From Azolla caroliniana (Eukaryota > Plantae > Polypodiophyta), in NCBI GenBank assembly GCA_043228905.1, contig JBHGNT010000002.1, positions 6,820,001 through 6,884,000 of the forward strand: DNA of 64,000 nt, written 5' to 3'. Position 1 is the first letter of the stretch; the number at the start of each line of letters is the position of its first letter. Positions 1-11,100 of this stretch are shown here, piece after piece. A program made the translations under genes and the position numbers. The notes under the pieces are model-generated. The model saw only the letters and a list, made by a program, of their open reading frames with translations. It searched no databases and had not been told where the DNA came from.

Positions 1-7
1 TACGGAT

Positions 8-2559
8 GTGTGTCAGGTAGACACGAAGTCACATGCCGGAGCGCAGTACTTCGTGATGTTCATAGATGATCACAGCCAGAAGCTGTGGACCACACCGTTG
101 AAGGCGAAGGATCAGGTGTTATCCGTCTTCAAAGAGCTCCACGCGAGAGTGGAAAGAGAAACCGGCCGGAAGCTGAAGGCGGTTCGAGCAGATAATGGAG
201 GAGAATACCGGGGGCAGTTCGAGGAGTACTGCCGCTCGAAGGGAATCCGGCTCGAATTTACCGTGCCGAAGACGCCGGAACTAAACGGACTGGCCAAGAG
301 GATGAACCGGACCATCATGGAGAGGGTCCGGAGTATGCTAGCACATGCAAAACTACCCAAGAAGTTTTGGGTTGAGGCACTGTCGACGGCGACATATGTG
401 ATAAACAGATCACCCTCAGTACCCTTGGACGGAAACACGCCACAGAGAGTATGGACCGGTAAGGAAGTATCCTATCGGCATCTAAAGGTGTTCGGGTGTC
501 TCGCGTACGTGCATGTAGCTAAGGACCGGAGAGGAAAGCTAGATCCAAAGACCCGGCCATGCATATTCCTCGGTTACAGTGACGATGAGTTCAGCTACCG
601 AGTGTGGGACCCGGTCGACAAGAAGGTATTCCGGAGTCGAGATATTATCTTCATGGAGGACAAGACGCTCGCAGACTGGGAGTCGGAGAAGAAGATAATG
701 AACTCCGAGTCGACCGGTAAGGATAGACTCTACGATGAGCAGACCCAACCGGCAAGAGACCGATTAGCACTCGAGGAACCAGCCGGTTACGGTGAGGATA
801 CCGAACAGGCTGAAGAAGAAGTAGAGGAAGCTGAGACTAGAACCGGCCAAGACCCCGAATCGGATTCGGATGAAGAGCAAATGGAGGAGCCGGTTACCGA
901 AGCCTGAAGACGGATATATTCTCTCAGAGAGAGAAGGGCCCCCGGAGATTTCCAGATTCAGAGCATGTTCTGCTGACTGATGAGGGGGAGCCGGAAAGCT
1001 TCGAAGAAGTAAAGGAAGATACCCACAACCGAAAATGGTTAAGTGCCATGCAGGATGAGATAGATTCCCTGCATGAGAACCATACATACGAATTGATGGA
1101 GTTGCCAAAAGGAAAGCGGGCACTCCGAAATAAGTGGGTGTACAAGTTGAAACCGGGAGATGCCGGTAACCCCCCGAGATACAAAGCCAGGATCGTGGTG
1201 AAGGGGTTCCAGCAGAAAAAGGGCGTGGACTTCGACGAGATATTTGCCCCGGTTGTAAAGATGACCTCCATCCGGACGGTGTTGAGTATAGCGGCTAGCA
1301 TGGACCTTGAGGTAGAGCAGTTGGACGTGAAGACGACATTCCTTCACGGTGACCTCGAAGAGGAGATCTACATGCAGCAACCGGAGGGATTTGTGGAGAA
1401 AGGGAAGGAGCACCTGGTATGCCGGTTGAAGAAGAGCCTCTACGGGTTGAAGCAGGCCCCCCAGCAATGGTACCGGAAGTTCGATTCCTTCATGACCGAT
1501 CAAGGGTACCACAAGACGCAGGCCGATCACTACGTGTTTGTGAAGAAGTTTGAAGGAGGCGATTTCCTGATACTCCTTCTGTACGTGGATGACATGTTGA
1601 TCGTCGGACGTGACCAAGTCAAAATACGGATGCTGAAGAAGGCTCTCAACCGAACCTTCTCAATGAAAGACTTGGGTTCGGCAAGACAGATGCTGGGGAT
1701 GCTCATCATCCGGAACCGGTCAAAGAAGCAATTATGGTTGTCACAGGAGAAGTACGTCACAAAGGTGCTTCACCGGTTCAACATGTCAGAAGCGAAACCG
1801 GTCGGATCGACACTTCCGGCAAACTGCAGGCTATCCGGTAAGCAAAGCCCGAAGAAGAAACCAGAGAAGGCAGATATGATGAAGATTCCATATGCCTCTG
1901 CTGTCGGGAGCTTGATGTACGCTATGGTGTGTACCCGACCGAATATAGGATACGCAGTCGGAGTGGTGAGCCGGTTCATGAGTAATCCCGGCAAGGAGCA
2001 TTGGAACGCGGTCAAATGGATACTCCGGTATTTGAAGGGCACTTCAAATATGTGTCTCCGATTCGGCTCCGGAAAACCTCAACTGGATGGTTTCACCGAT
2101 TCGGACATGTCGGCTGATGTGGATACCAGCCGGTCTACATCCGGGTATGTGATGACATATACAGGGGGAGCTGTTTCGTGGCAGTCGAGGCTGCAGAAGA
2201 CGGTTGCATTGTCAACCACAGAGGCGGAGTACATGGCGGCTGTGGAAGCCGGCAAGAAAATATTATGGATGAAGGACTTCATCGGAGAGCTCGGTATCCG
2301 GCAAGAGGAATACCGACTCTACTGCGACAGTCAAAGTGCCATCCACCTTGCTAAGAATGCGGCCTACCATTCCCGGACGAAGCATATCCAGCGAAGGTAT
2401 CACTGGATCCGGGAAAGAGTAGATGACCAGGAGTTCGTACTGATGAAGATCCACACGGCCAAGAACGGGTCAGATATGCTGACCAAAGTGCTGACACTCG
2501 ACAAGCTGGACGCATGCCGGAAGAGGATCGAACTGGTAAGACACCCCATGCCGGAGTGA
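8..2559 (+). pseudogene. Copia pol (IN-RT-RH) broken by a stop at 905-907 and a frameshift near 940
   Basis: Two long ORFs in different frames. The IN-RT linker continues across TGA 905-907 and changes frame in the C-run near 940. Confidence 0.85.
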
Positions 2560-2620
2560 AGGGGGAGTTTGTTGGGAGACAGGTCCCTCCGGATGGGAAA
2601 GGAGAAGAACAGTGCCCGAA

Positions 2621-2846
2621 CCGGATGAGGAGTACCCGGCTACGGAGAGCCGGATGATACAGACCCGGTGAAGACCAGATGAGGAGTACCCGGCGACGGA
2701 GAGCCGTATGATACAGACCCGGTGAAGACCGGATGAGGAGTACCTGGCTACGGAGAGTCGGATGATGTAGACCCGGTAAAGACCGGATGAGGAGTACCCG
2801 GCTACGGAGAGCCGGATGGTGCAGACCCGGTATTAACCGGATGAAG
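2621..2846 (+). repeat. 54-bp tandem array (4 copies plus a partial) in U3 of the family A LTR
   Basis: Unit CCGGATGAGGAGTACCCGGCTACGGAGAGCCGGATGATACAGACCCGGTGAAGA starts at 2621, 2675, 2729 and 2783, with a partial copy at 2837. Confidence 0.95.
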
Positions 2847-3278
2847 AGACATATTCGTAAATATTCTTTCTGAGAGTTCATCGAGGCTATATTTGTAAAT
2901 AGCCGAAAAGTCATATTAGTATAAATATGACTTAGGGCAAACTTTTAGTTGTTGTTGTCATTCTTGTTGGTGCAAGAATATAGAGAGAGCGCGGAACTGT
3001 GTACAGAGAGAGAGAGAGAGAAAGAGGTCGTTGCCTCTGTTGTAACCGCCGCTTGTGGCGAAGATCTGTGAGCACGAGGTCGTTGCCTCAGTGAACTCAC
3101 TGTTGTACATTCTTACATAGTGACAGTTTGCAGCCTGTGGGCTGCCGTGGTTTTTCCCCTAGTTTGGGGTTTTCCACGTAAACCTCCAATGTATCTTCCT
3201 CTTCTTTGTGTCGTGTTCTATTTCCCGTTTTCTGTGTATCATTCTAAGCTCGGTTGTGGCCGAGCGTAGCGCATAAGG

Positions 3279-3939
3279 AACGTTGAGTTCCCGTCAGTTA
3301 ATGTCTACCCATTTGTGTGTTCTTGTTGATTGTAGTGTCTTCTCTTCTTTTTCTTTTCTTCCTTCGATCACGTACATGTGCTATGTAGTGGCATTACGGT
3401 AGCCGATAGCCGGATTTTGTCGTCGGTGTCTCGAACACACAATCACGGAGTCAGGTGGGCTTAGTGGATTTTCTAAACCACACGCTCTGATACCATGTTA
3501 AGAATTAGGTAAGTAATTAAGCAAGGGTTAATTAGTGCCTAATTATGTGATTAAGTTAATAAGCGGAAGATTAAGTGATATGTGTGTGTATGTGTGTGAG
3601 AGGAAGAGAGAGAGGAAGATACACTTATGAATAACACAAGATGGGGGATGAGTAACTATATTAAATTAGCATTATCATCATCGAATACAAAAATACCATC
3701 AATGAGGTATATATAGATCTCATGTGCAAGGGTGCACATGTGTGAGGAGTATATAGGTACAACCGTGTAAGTCCTATATTAAATGTACTTAGGAGTGGAG
3801 GATCTAGAATATCCCACTTAAGTACAAGGTCCTATTTAAGGCGTTATACTCAACACTTCTAACTAGATTCTATCTAGGTAACTACAAAGTTCCATGGTTG
3901 ACTAACTAACTAAACTAAGTTGAGTTTGATCTCTCAACA
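3279..3939 (-). mobile_element. 5' end of a second copia (family B-type): 5' LTR, tRNA-iMet PBS, leader and degenerate gag start, interrupted by family A
   Basis: LTR 3496-3939 (TG...CA) homologous to the LTR at 28865-29338. PBS TGGTATCAGAGC on the minus strand at 3484-3495. Leader resembles 15510-15670. Confidence 0.85.
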
Positions 3940-5522
3940 TGAGTGAATCTAGGGAAAACTAAAGTCCTTATCTTCCACACATCGGCCCAAGTTAGAACTA
4001 AGTGTCACCTAACCATCTCCCATAGCCTAGTTTAGGTGGTTGGATCATATGTATATCTCAGAGTCACTTTCAATGACAGCTCGGGTAAATTTTCAATGAC
4101 ACAGGCAACGAAGGATAGCCTTATGAGAGAACATGCATCCCTCTCCCTCCTAGAGAGACAATGCCACCAAGCATACTTTCAAGAGCCACGGACTAAGGGG
4201 TGGCTCTTCGACTCATTAGTGACCCCCTCCCTCATGTATGCATCAGTGGTTTGGGCTCCACGGCAACCATCTTTCATGTGGACATAATTAGAGAGACCAT
4301 TGGTGACAATGTTATCACGCCAACTCCGAAGCAAATTGATAACACCACATGACATTATTAGAGCTGAGTTCACTTTACCCCGACGTTAGTAGAGGCACTT
4401 TTTCAACTTGTGGTCTTTATTCATAGGATACATAGCCAACCACATGATAGGATATCTCATCAAGCCTTTGAGGCCTCTCGATCACTGTATGAGTCCGGCT
4501 ATACTAGCTCATGGTATAACATGATGGTGAGTTGACTTCTTGCGAACGGTCTAGACATTAATAACCTACCTCCCCTTAGGTTCAACCACGCAATTGATAA
4601 CACTTTAATCTCTCATGAGGATTGTAATAAAGTAATACGCCAAGAAATATGGCAAATTTACACTCAATATAAATGGATCACCCCACTAGAGCCACTCACT
4701 CACATCTAAAATGTTGTACTATAAGGAACACTTCATGCACTTCTCTAAGTTAGGTTTTATTACATGACCAAAATATCTAGATGCATCCTTACCAAATGCA
4801 CTAAGGGTTGCCATTGGACAACTTAGAATATCATCTCACCAACGTGAGATTGAAAATGGTCGTGCCAAAATACCGAGACATACTCGGTTCCTCTCCCACC
4901 CTCCCCAAACTATTACATACTCTAGATATAAAGAAATTAGGTAGATATATCCTAGCTCGCTAAAACAACACAAAGTGAATAAGCTACAAAATGTCGACAA
5001 TAATGTTTCTAACATTCACCAACATGTAACAAATGAAGTTTTTCAGGGACAAGGGGAGACGACAAATCAAGACACACCTATACCACTCGGCCTCTTCCTT
5101 GATGAAGCAAAAAACCAAAGAAGAACCAAACAGCCTCGAATGTTGGGTTTCAAGGAAACTCGACATCGTGTAGAAGCAATTAAGAAAATAAGGGAACGTG
5201 AGTTACACCGCCTAGAAGCCATGGTTGGGGCACTCTCTACCACGGGTCACACCCACACAAAAACCCTTTGACCTCCCACTTCTTTTCGAGATGCTTGGAT
5301 GGAAATGAAATTAGGCTTAGTGCAAAGTCATTTCCTTTATCGAATGTGTTACACCATACCACGTTTTATACAATACTATAACTCTTTTAGCTTAAGTTCT
5401 ATTTTTATTTTATTTTTTTAGTTTTGATGATTAGATAAATACCCCATTTTGTTGTACACCAATTATCTCATGGGCCAATTTTGGCCTTAGAAAACATTAA
5501 TATATCTTTCTTTCTCTCTCTC
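3940..5522 (+). mobile_element. Degenerate non-LTR retrotransposon (CR1/L2/RTE-like), C-terminal RT region and 3' end
   Basis: Translates VNLGKTKVLIF..SYVYLRVTF..LFDSLVTPSLMYASVVW and LRISSHQREIENGR near 4820-4865. 3' stem-loop GGCCAATTTTGGCC at 5473-5486 followed by a CT-rich tail. Confidence 0.75.
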
Positions 5523-5549
5523 TTGGCTCCACCCCCATGGCCCCAACCC

Positions 5550-6320
5550 TGTTAGGATGGCACTCATCAAATAGTACATTAGATTAAATAGATGACAATA
5601 TTATGATAATATAGGAGCGGAGAAATAAATGACACAAGTATTTACGTGGTTCGTCCAAATTAGCCTACATCCACGAACAAGAGAGAGATTCCACTATAAG
5701 AAAATATAACAGAGAGTTTACAACAATTAGAGAAAATATTCTCTAATTAAAACACCCAAGAGAATAACCTCACAATTCTCTCACAAGAATTTTCTCCTAC
5801 TAGTGTTTCCCAAACTTACTAATTCTCTCACATCTCACAAGCCTTCAACTCTTGGTGGTCTTCTATTTTGATGCCCCTTCAAACGACTAAGGCTGCCTAT
5901 TTATAGCCTTCACTTCGCCGATTTCTTCTTTTTTTTTAGCAATGATGCATGTGGCCTTCACATATTCACCAAGAGTGATGACTTTGCAATTAGTCATCAT
6001 GCTTTGTGTAGATCATGTAGATGAGAGACGTGGCTTTCCATAAACCACACCAATTAATTCAAGTCATTTTAACAAATCTCCACCTTGACTTGAATTTCAT
6101 ATTAGTCTCGCTCCACCTTCGCCAGATAACTCAATTATCGGCTACAATCAAATTCAAGCAATGCTTGAACTTGATTCTTGGAAGAGGCTTCGTCAACATA
6201 TCTGCGGGATTCTCATGAGTTGAAATCTTTTTCACTGAGATATCACCCCGTGAAATAACATCACGAACAAAGTGATACTTGATATCGATGTGCTTAGTTC
6301 TTTCATGGAACATCTGATCT
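5550..6320 (-). mobile_element. 3' remnant of a third copia family: RNase H end, PPT and 3' LTR
   Basis: ORF 6131-6313 [27 protein letters not shown] (rc AATCTCCACCT) from 6075. LTR 5550-6074 TGTTA...TAACA. Confidence 0.88.
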
Positions 6321-6321
6321 A

Positions 6322-6368
6322 TAACACTAATTCTATGGACGATAAAAATTCTAATTCTAACACTAATT
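6322..6368 (+). mobile_element. 25-bp LINE 3'-tail insertion with an 11-bp target-site duplication
   Basis: TAACACTAATT (6322-6332) - CTATGGACGATAAAAATTCTAATTC - TAACACTAATT (6358-6368). The insert matches the tail of the LINE at 57343-57375. Confidence 0.75.
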
Positions 6369-6369
6369 A

Positions 6370-7905
6370 GTACCTAAACTTAATCAACCTTAAGCTCTAA
6401 TGAAAGAGTGACAAGAGAGAGTAAGAGCTCTTAATATAACTAAGTGAAAGGAAAAAACCCAAGAAGGAAGAAGAGCTACAAAAGTCACTAAAAGGTGACT
6501 TTAATAGCTTTTTAAAATAAGATTAAGCTCCTTTCACATTAGAGTGGTGATTTGGTTACAAGCTTTCTAGTGAGATTTACTCTTATCTCCCATTTCCTAG
6601 TGTCTTCTTGAGTGTTATGTTCATTTTTGGTGTCAATGTCTTCATAGTTTGTGTCCTCGTTGGAAGATAGTTAACATCCCCCCCAATCTAATGAATGCAC
6701 ACTCCAGAGTGCGCAACACTAGGAGTGTCGTGTGATGGGGTGAGGTGAGGTGGTTGTTGTGAAAGAAGGGGGTTGGGGGTGTAGTGTCTGATTCGAGGGT
6801 TTTGAGGGCAGGCAGTGGAGGTGGAGGCATTGGATGTTGAGAGGGGAAGTCAAAGAGATGTTGACAAGCATCCATAGGCTTGCTAATTGACGGCGGGTTG
6901 TTCCTTTATTTGGATCGAACGTCAATCCCCATGTTGGCTCGTTGTATTGGTGGAACTAGGGTGCATTGAAGAGGGGTGAATCTAATAGGATCCTTGGAAG
7001 TTGCAAAATGTGGATTGCCGCTTGGATGTTGAGGTGTGGTATGTCAAGATGTGGCGATGAAGCATGTCATCACCCGAAGTATCCCTGTTTTTGAGGGTTT
7101 GTAGTTGTGCACAACAAGAAATTATGACCGATTGAAACAATGTGTAGAGCACTTTGACCACATAACAAGGTATTTTGGCCATGGCCAACGTTGTGGAAAA
7201 GGGAAGAAAGAAAGGTTGGTGCAATTTTGTAAAGGGTGCATTGCGGACCACTATTGGAATTGGTCTTCAAAAAAGGGGAGAAGGATTACATTGCAACTTT
7301 GGCACAATAGGATTACAATAGGGTAAGGAGGGGGAGATCATAGAAATCAAAATCCCAATGAATCGAAGAGAAGCGACCTTGAATGTGTGTGTGTGTGTGT
7401 GTGTGAGTGTGCACGCGTGCACGTTTGGCACGAGGATTTTAGTGTGAGGGGAACTAGGAAAACTAAGAGGTGGGGAGGGATTAGGGCACGAGGAAATTAG
7501 GTTAAGTGAGGGGGGAGCTTTGGGGTAAGCAAATGAGGTGTATGTTTGTTGTAGTGGTGTTGGTATTAGTGGTGGTTGTGAAGATGTGGGAGGTGGGAGT
7601 GGTGTCGGTGATGGTGATTGTGATGGTTAGCCATCATCTCATTAGAATTGTTGCTCCAATCTTACAAAGCATTGTTGGCAGGTGATGGTGATGGTGATGG
7701 TGCAATGTTGTTGTGATGTGTCATGGTATCATTGAAGTAGGCAAACATCTTTTAGCTTGATCAACCAATTGAGGTGTAAGTTGACGCTAAAAATGTTCGT
7801 TCAAACGTGCAGTTATGCGTGAAAATTGAGCAGGACTACAAGCATGCGTTTAAAAATTGAGCAGACTTGACCAAGTTGTGCTAGAGGTTAATGTATTAAT
7901 ATAGA
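6370..7905 (-). mobile_element. Possible Helitron-like element (5' terminus only)
   Basis: Minus strand begins A|TCTATATTAATACATTAA at 7905, resembling Helitron 5' ends. No Rep/helicase motifs or clear CTRR end recognised. Confidence 0.3.
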
Positions 7906-8198
7906 TAGCCTGCGTTAATGCACCAACATCAACAGAACGATCATTTTGTCACAATTCTGTACAAGAACTAGTTGTATGCGTAATCATCATGAGTGCATAT
8001 TATGGAGTTGAAACTTTAGATTCTGAAATACAAACTGCAACTGAGATGTCTTTTAATATGAACTAGTTAATCACTCTGTTACAAGTTGGACCTTCAGCTC
8101 TCATTCATTCACCAATAAGAATCTTCAGCTTTCCTTCATTCACCAATAAGAATCTCCATACAGTGATCTTCAACATCATTCGTTCACTAATTAATTTC

Positions 8199-11100
8199 TC
8201 ATGAGCTTTCTTCTTCTTTTGCCAATAATATCTCGTATACATCTGTCCGGAGTCGAAGCTCCTTTTCTCTTATTATGTCTTGGAAATCTGCTAGCTCTTT
8301 TGCACTCAATATTGTGCTCATTTTCTTGAAACCATCCAACCACAAAGCCTTTGACCTACGATGTAAATAACAAAAATCATTAGCTTGGAATAACAAGATC
8401 TACGATGACCAAACAATTGGATAAGAAAGAAGATTTCGAACCATGGACAAGCATGAATAGCTCTGAAATATATTCGACGAGCAGCATCTGTATCACCTCG
8501 TACACTAAGCTCGAAAGAAATATAGCATCTCCATAACACCACTGACTGTTGCGAATTTGATGTTTCCAGAGCCCTTTCAAACAAGCTATGAATACGTGCT
8601 TCACTCCCAGGCCTTTTGAGCTCAATAGAGATTGCAAATAACCATATGATAATCGAGGGATTCCTGCATTACACATTGAATTAAAAATTTTGTACATAAG
8701 ACGTAAATTGTACTGCAAAACATGCATCCAATCCAAACATGATTTCTTTTGGATATTTAGGAGAATTCAACTCGGTTCTAAAAAAAATCCACCAAAATAC
8801 CCCTACTTTTGAGATATATATGAGAATACTGCTTGATTCTCAAAACATTACCAGAAAAATACCCCCTGTAGTAACAAATTGTGGAGAACTGAGGGGCGGT
8901 CTGGTAATGCTTGAAAACTAAGGTGATTTTCTGGTAAATATCCAAAAAGTCTAGTTTCAAAGATGGCACTCACTTATGCAACATGTCATCAAAGAAACGG
9001 CGTAGATTGTTTGTGCAGGAGGTGGATGAACTACTGCGAATGTAAGCGCTGAGAAGTTGTCCATTGTTAGGATACTGTGCAAGCCCACGACAAATCATAT
9101 CCCTCAATAAAGCTGGCTTTACATATTGTTTGTGGTGTTCCATGAGACGGATATACTGACAATACAACAGTTCAAACTGAAGACTCTCTCGACGTTTACC
9201 TGCAAAATACTCACCATCATTGAAAGAACCCTATAATGTATTTATTGTTGATAAGCAAGCATCTAAGGTTTAACCTTACATATGCTATAAGGTATGCACA
9301 AAATGCAAAAACATTAACTTCATCATGCATAGCTGGAGAAAAGTTCATGTCAAATGCACAAGAATAGGAGTGACAAATCAAGTTTCCTACACTTCTTTCA
9401 ACAATGATGTACAACTATGAGTGACCATTGATAACCAGATGACAGAAAACCTGGAAGACCCATAGCAAAGCTTTCTTCAAATACTGAACGTGCTGCATCG
9501 AATCCATCAACAAGTAGTTCAAATATAGCTGCACAACTTATCATAGCTCTAAGTTGATCAGTCAGTTTTCCTTGATCCCGCCTTCTTCGAGAAATTTGCA
9601 AGTGCTCTTTGAACCCGTGTCTTGCTTTCAGTATTTGGGTGCTTGAAGCAGGATTATTAGTTTTAAAAGGTGAATATGATATCCCAGAACCAAGGCATGA
9701 AACAATGTATAATACTTTTTGGTGCGTTACTGAAGATTCAAACTTATCTGCAGAAGTTACATGAGACAGTTCGAAGTCTGCATAACACTCATAAAGTATA
9801 GGTGCATGTAGTTGTGCATCCTGCAACAAGGTTCAATGCTGAAGATAAGAAATCATATGCAAAATGAGAATTCAGCAATAAAAATATCCACGAACCTTTG
9901 ATTGGGAGCTTAAGGATGCTAATGTGGTGTCAAAAACTTTACGTGCTATTTCAATGTTTCCAACTGATGCTTCCGCACGAGCATATGCTCCCATCAGTAA
10001 AATAGCCTGCTTGCTTATAAGGAAATAGTGGTTTTTTAAGTGTAATTGCATAAAACTCCATATTTAGATGATAATTAGATATTCTTTAAGACTGATACTC
10101 TGAAACATTTCCATCCACATAAATAGGGGTAAACAGCAATCTAGCACATACAAATTCATATCCTAGAAGAAAATATTGTTACAACCTCCTCCTTTGGATC
10201 TAATAGTCACATTCTTTGTTAATCTATTAATGGGACTGCAGTTTCCCCAACCATTCCCATTAATAGATTAACGAAGAATGTGACTACTAGATCCCAAGGA
10301 GGAGGTTGTAACATTTTTGAGTCAACTATCTGAAGAGTACGATCCATCAGTGATGAGCAAACTATATTAATAACCGATTTCTCATCTTTACATTATCCCA
10401 AATACCCAGAAGTACGAACATGTAAAGTTGTATTTGGAAGTTTAAAATCAAGATGATGTCATGATCAATGTGTTACATGTATGGAGCGATATAGGCTAAA
10501 CATAGTGAAGGCCATCCATGAGAATTACCGGGGTAATGACAAACGCACAATATGAGGGACATACAGACACATATAATGTCTCTTAAGAGGTCAAAATTGG
10601 CCCATTAGACCAAACAAGAGATTACATCTGAAAATGTTGAATTGAAGGATTAAACCAAAATATATATAAATAAATTAGTAAAACTGCTGAAGAGACCCCC
10701 GTTATCCTTCAAGAATTTGGCTACATATATACATAGATATACACTACTCTGTAGAAAATGTAGACATTCTAGTTAAATAAGACTATAATATCATGAGCTT
10801 AGGCTGACTCAAAATTCCTGGTTTTGATAGACCTTCAACACTGGCCTGGTCAAGATGGAGAGTTTTAAGGAATGCATCTTTAGTGACAAATGATAATGCC
10901 ATTAATTTGTTGATGACATGGATAATGATGTCACAGCCTAGATTATGGGCTATGCGCATTGTAAAGAATCGGGTATGATTCTTATGTAGCGGAATAGGTG
11001 TGAATTGTGTGTATGAGAGAGAAAGAGAGAAGTAAGACACAGAGTATACGCAAGGTAGATTGTATTAACAAAGGAGAAAGACTCAACATCATACAAGGTG

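Larger units (their letters stand above)
1..3278 (+). mobile_element. Ty1/copia LTR retrotransposon (family A), 3' part: integrase, RT, RNase H, PPT, 3' LTR; runs off the window start
   Basis: Integrase ORF 8-907 (FIDD..DNGGEY..PELNG) precedes RT/RNase H ORF 1048-2559 (YKARIVVKGF, LDVKTTFLHG, LLYVDDML, TDSD, STTEAEY, DMLTK), the copia domain order. PPT GAAGGGGGAG at 2558-2567; LTR starts TGTTGG at 2570 and ends ~3278 by homology to the LTR ends at 59897 and 60918. Confidence 0.95.

Noticed and set aside
2621-2846. CRISPR-like array or hammerhead/retrozyme in the LTR repeat
   Set aside because: Units are contiguous with no unique spacers; the core reads CGGATGAG rather than CTGATGAG and no GAAA partner is placed correctly.
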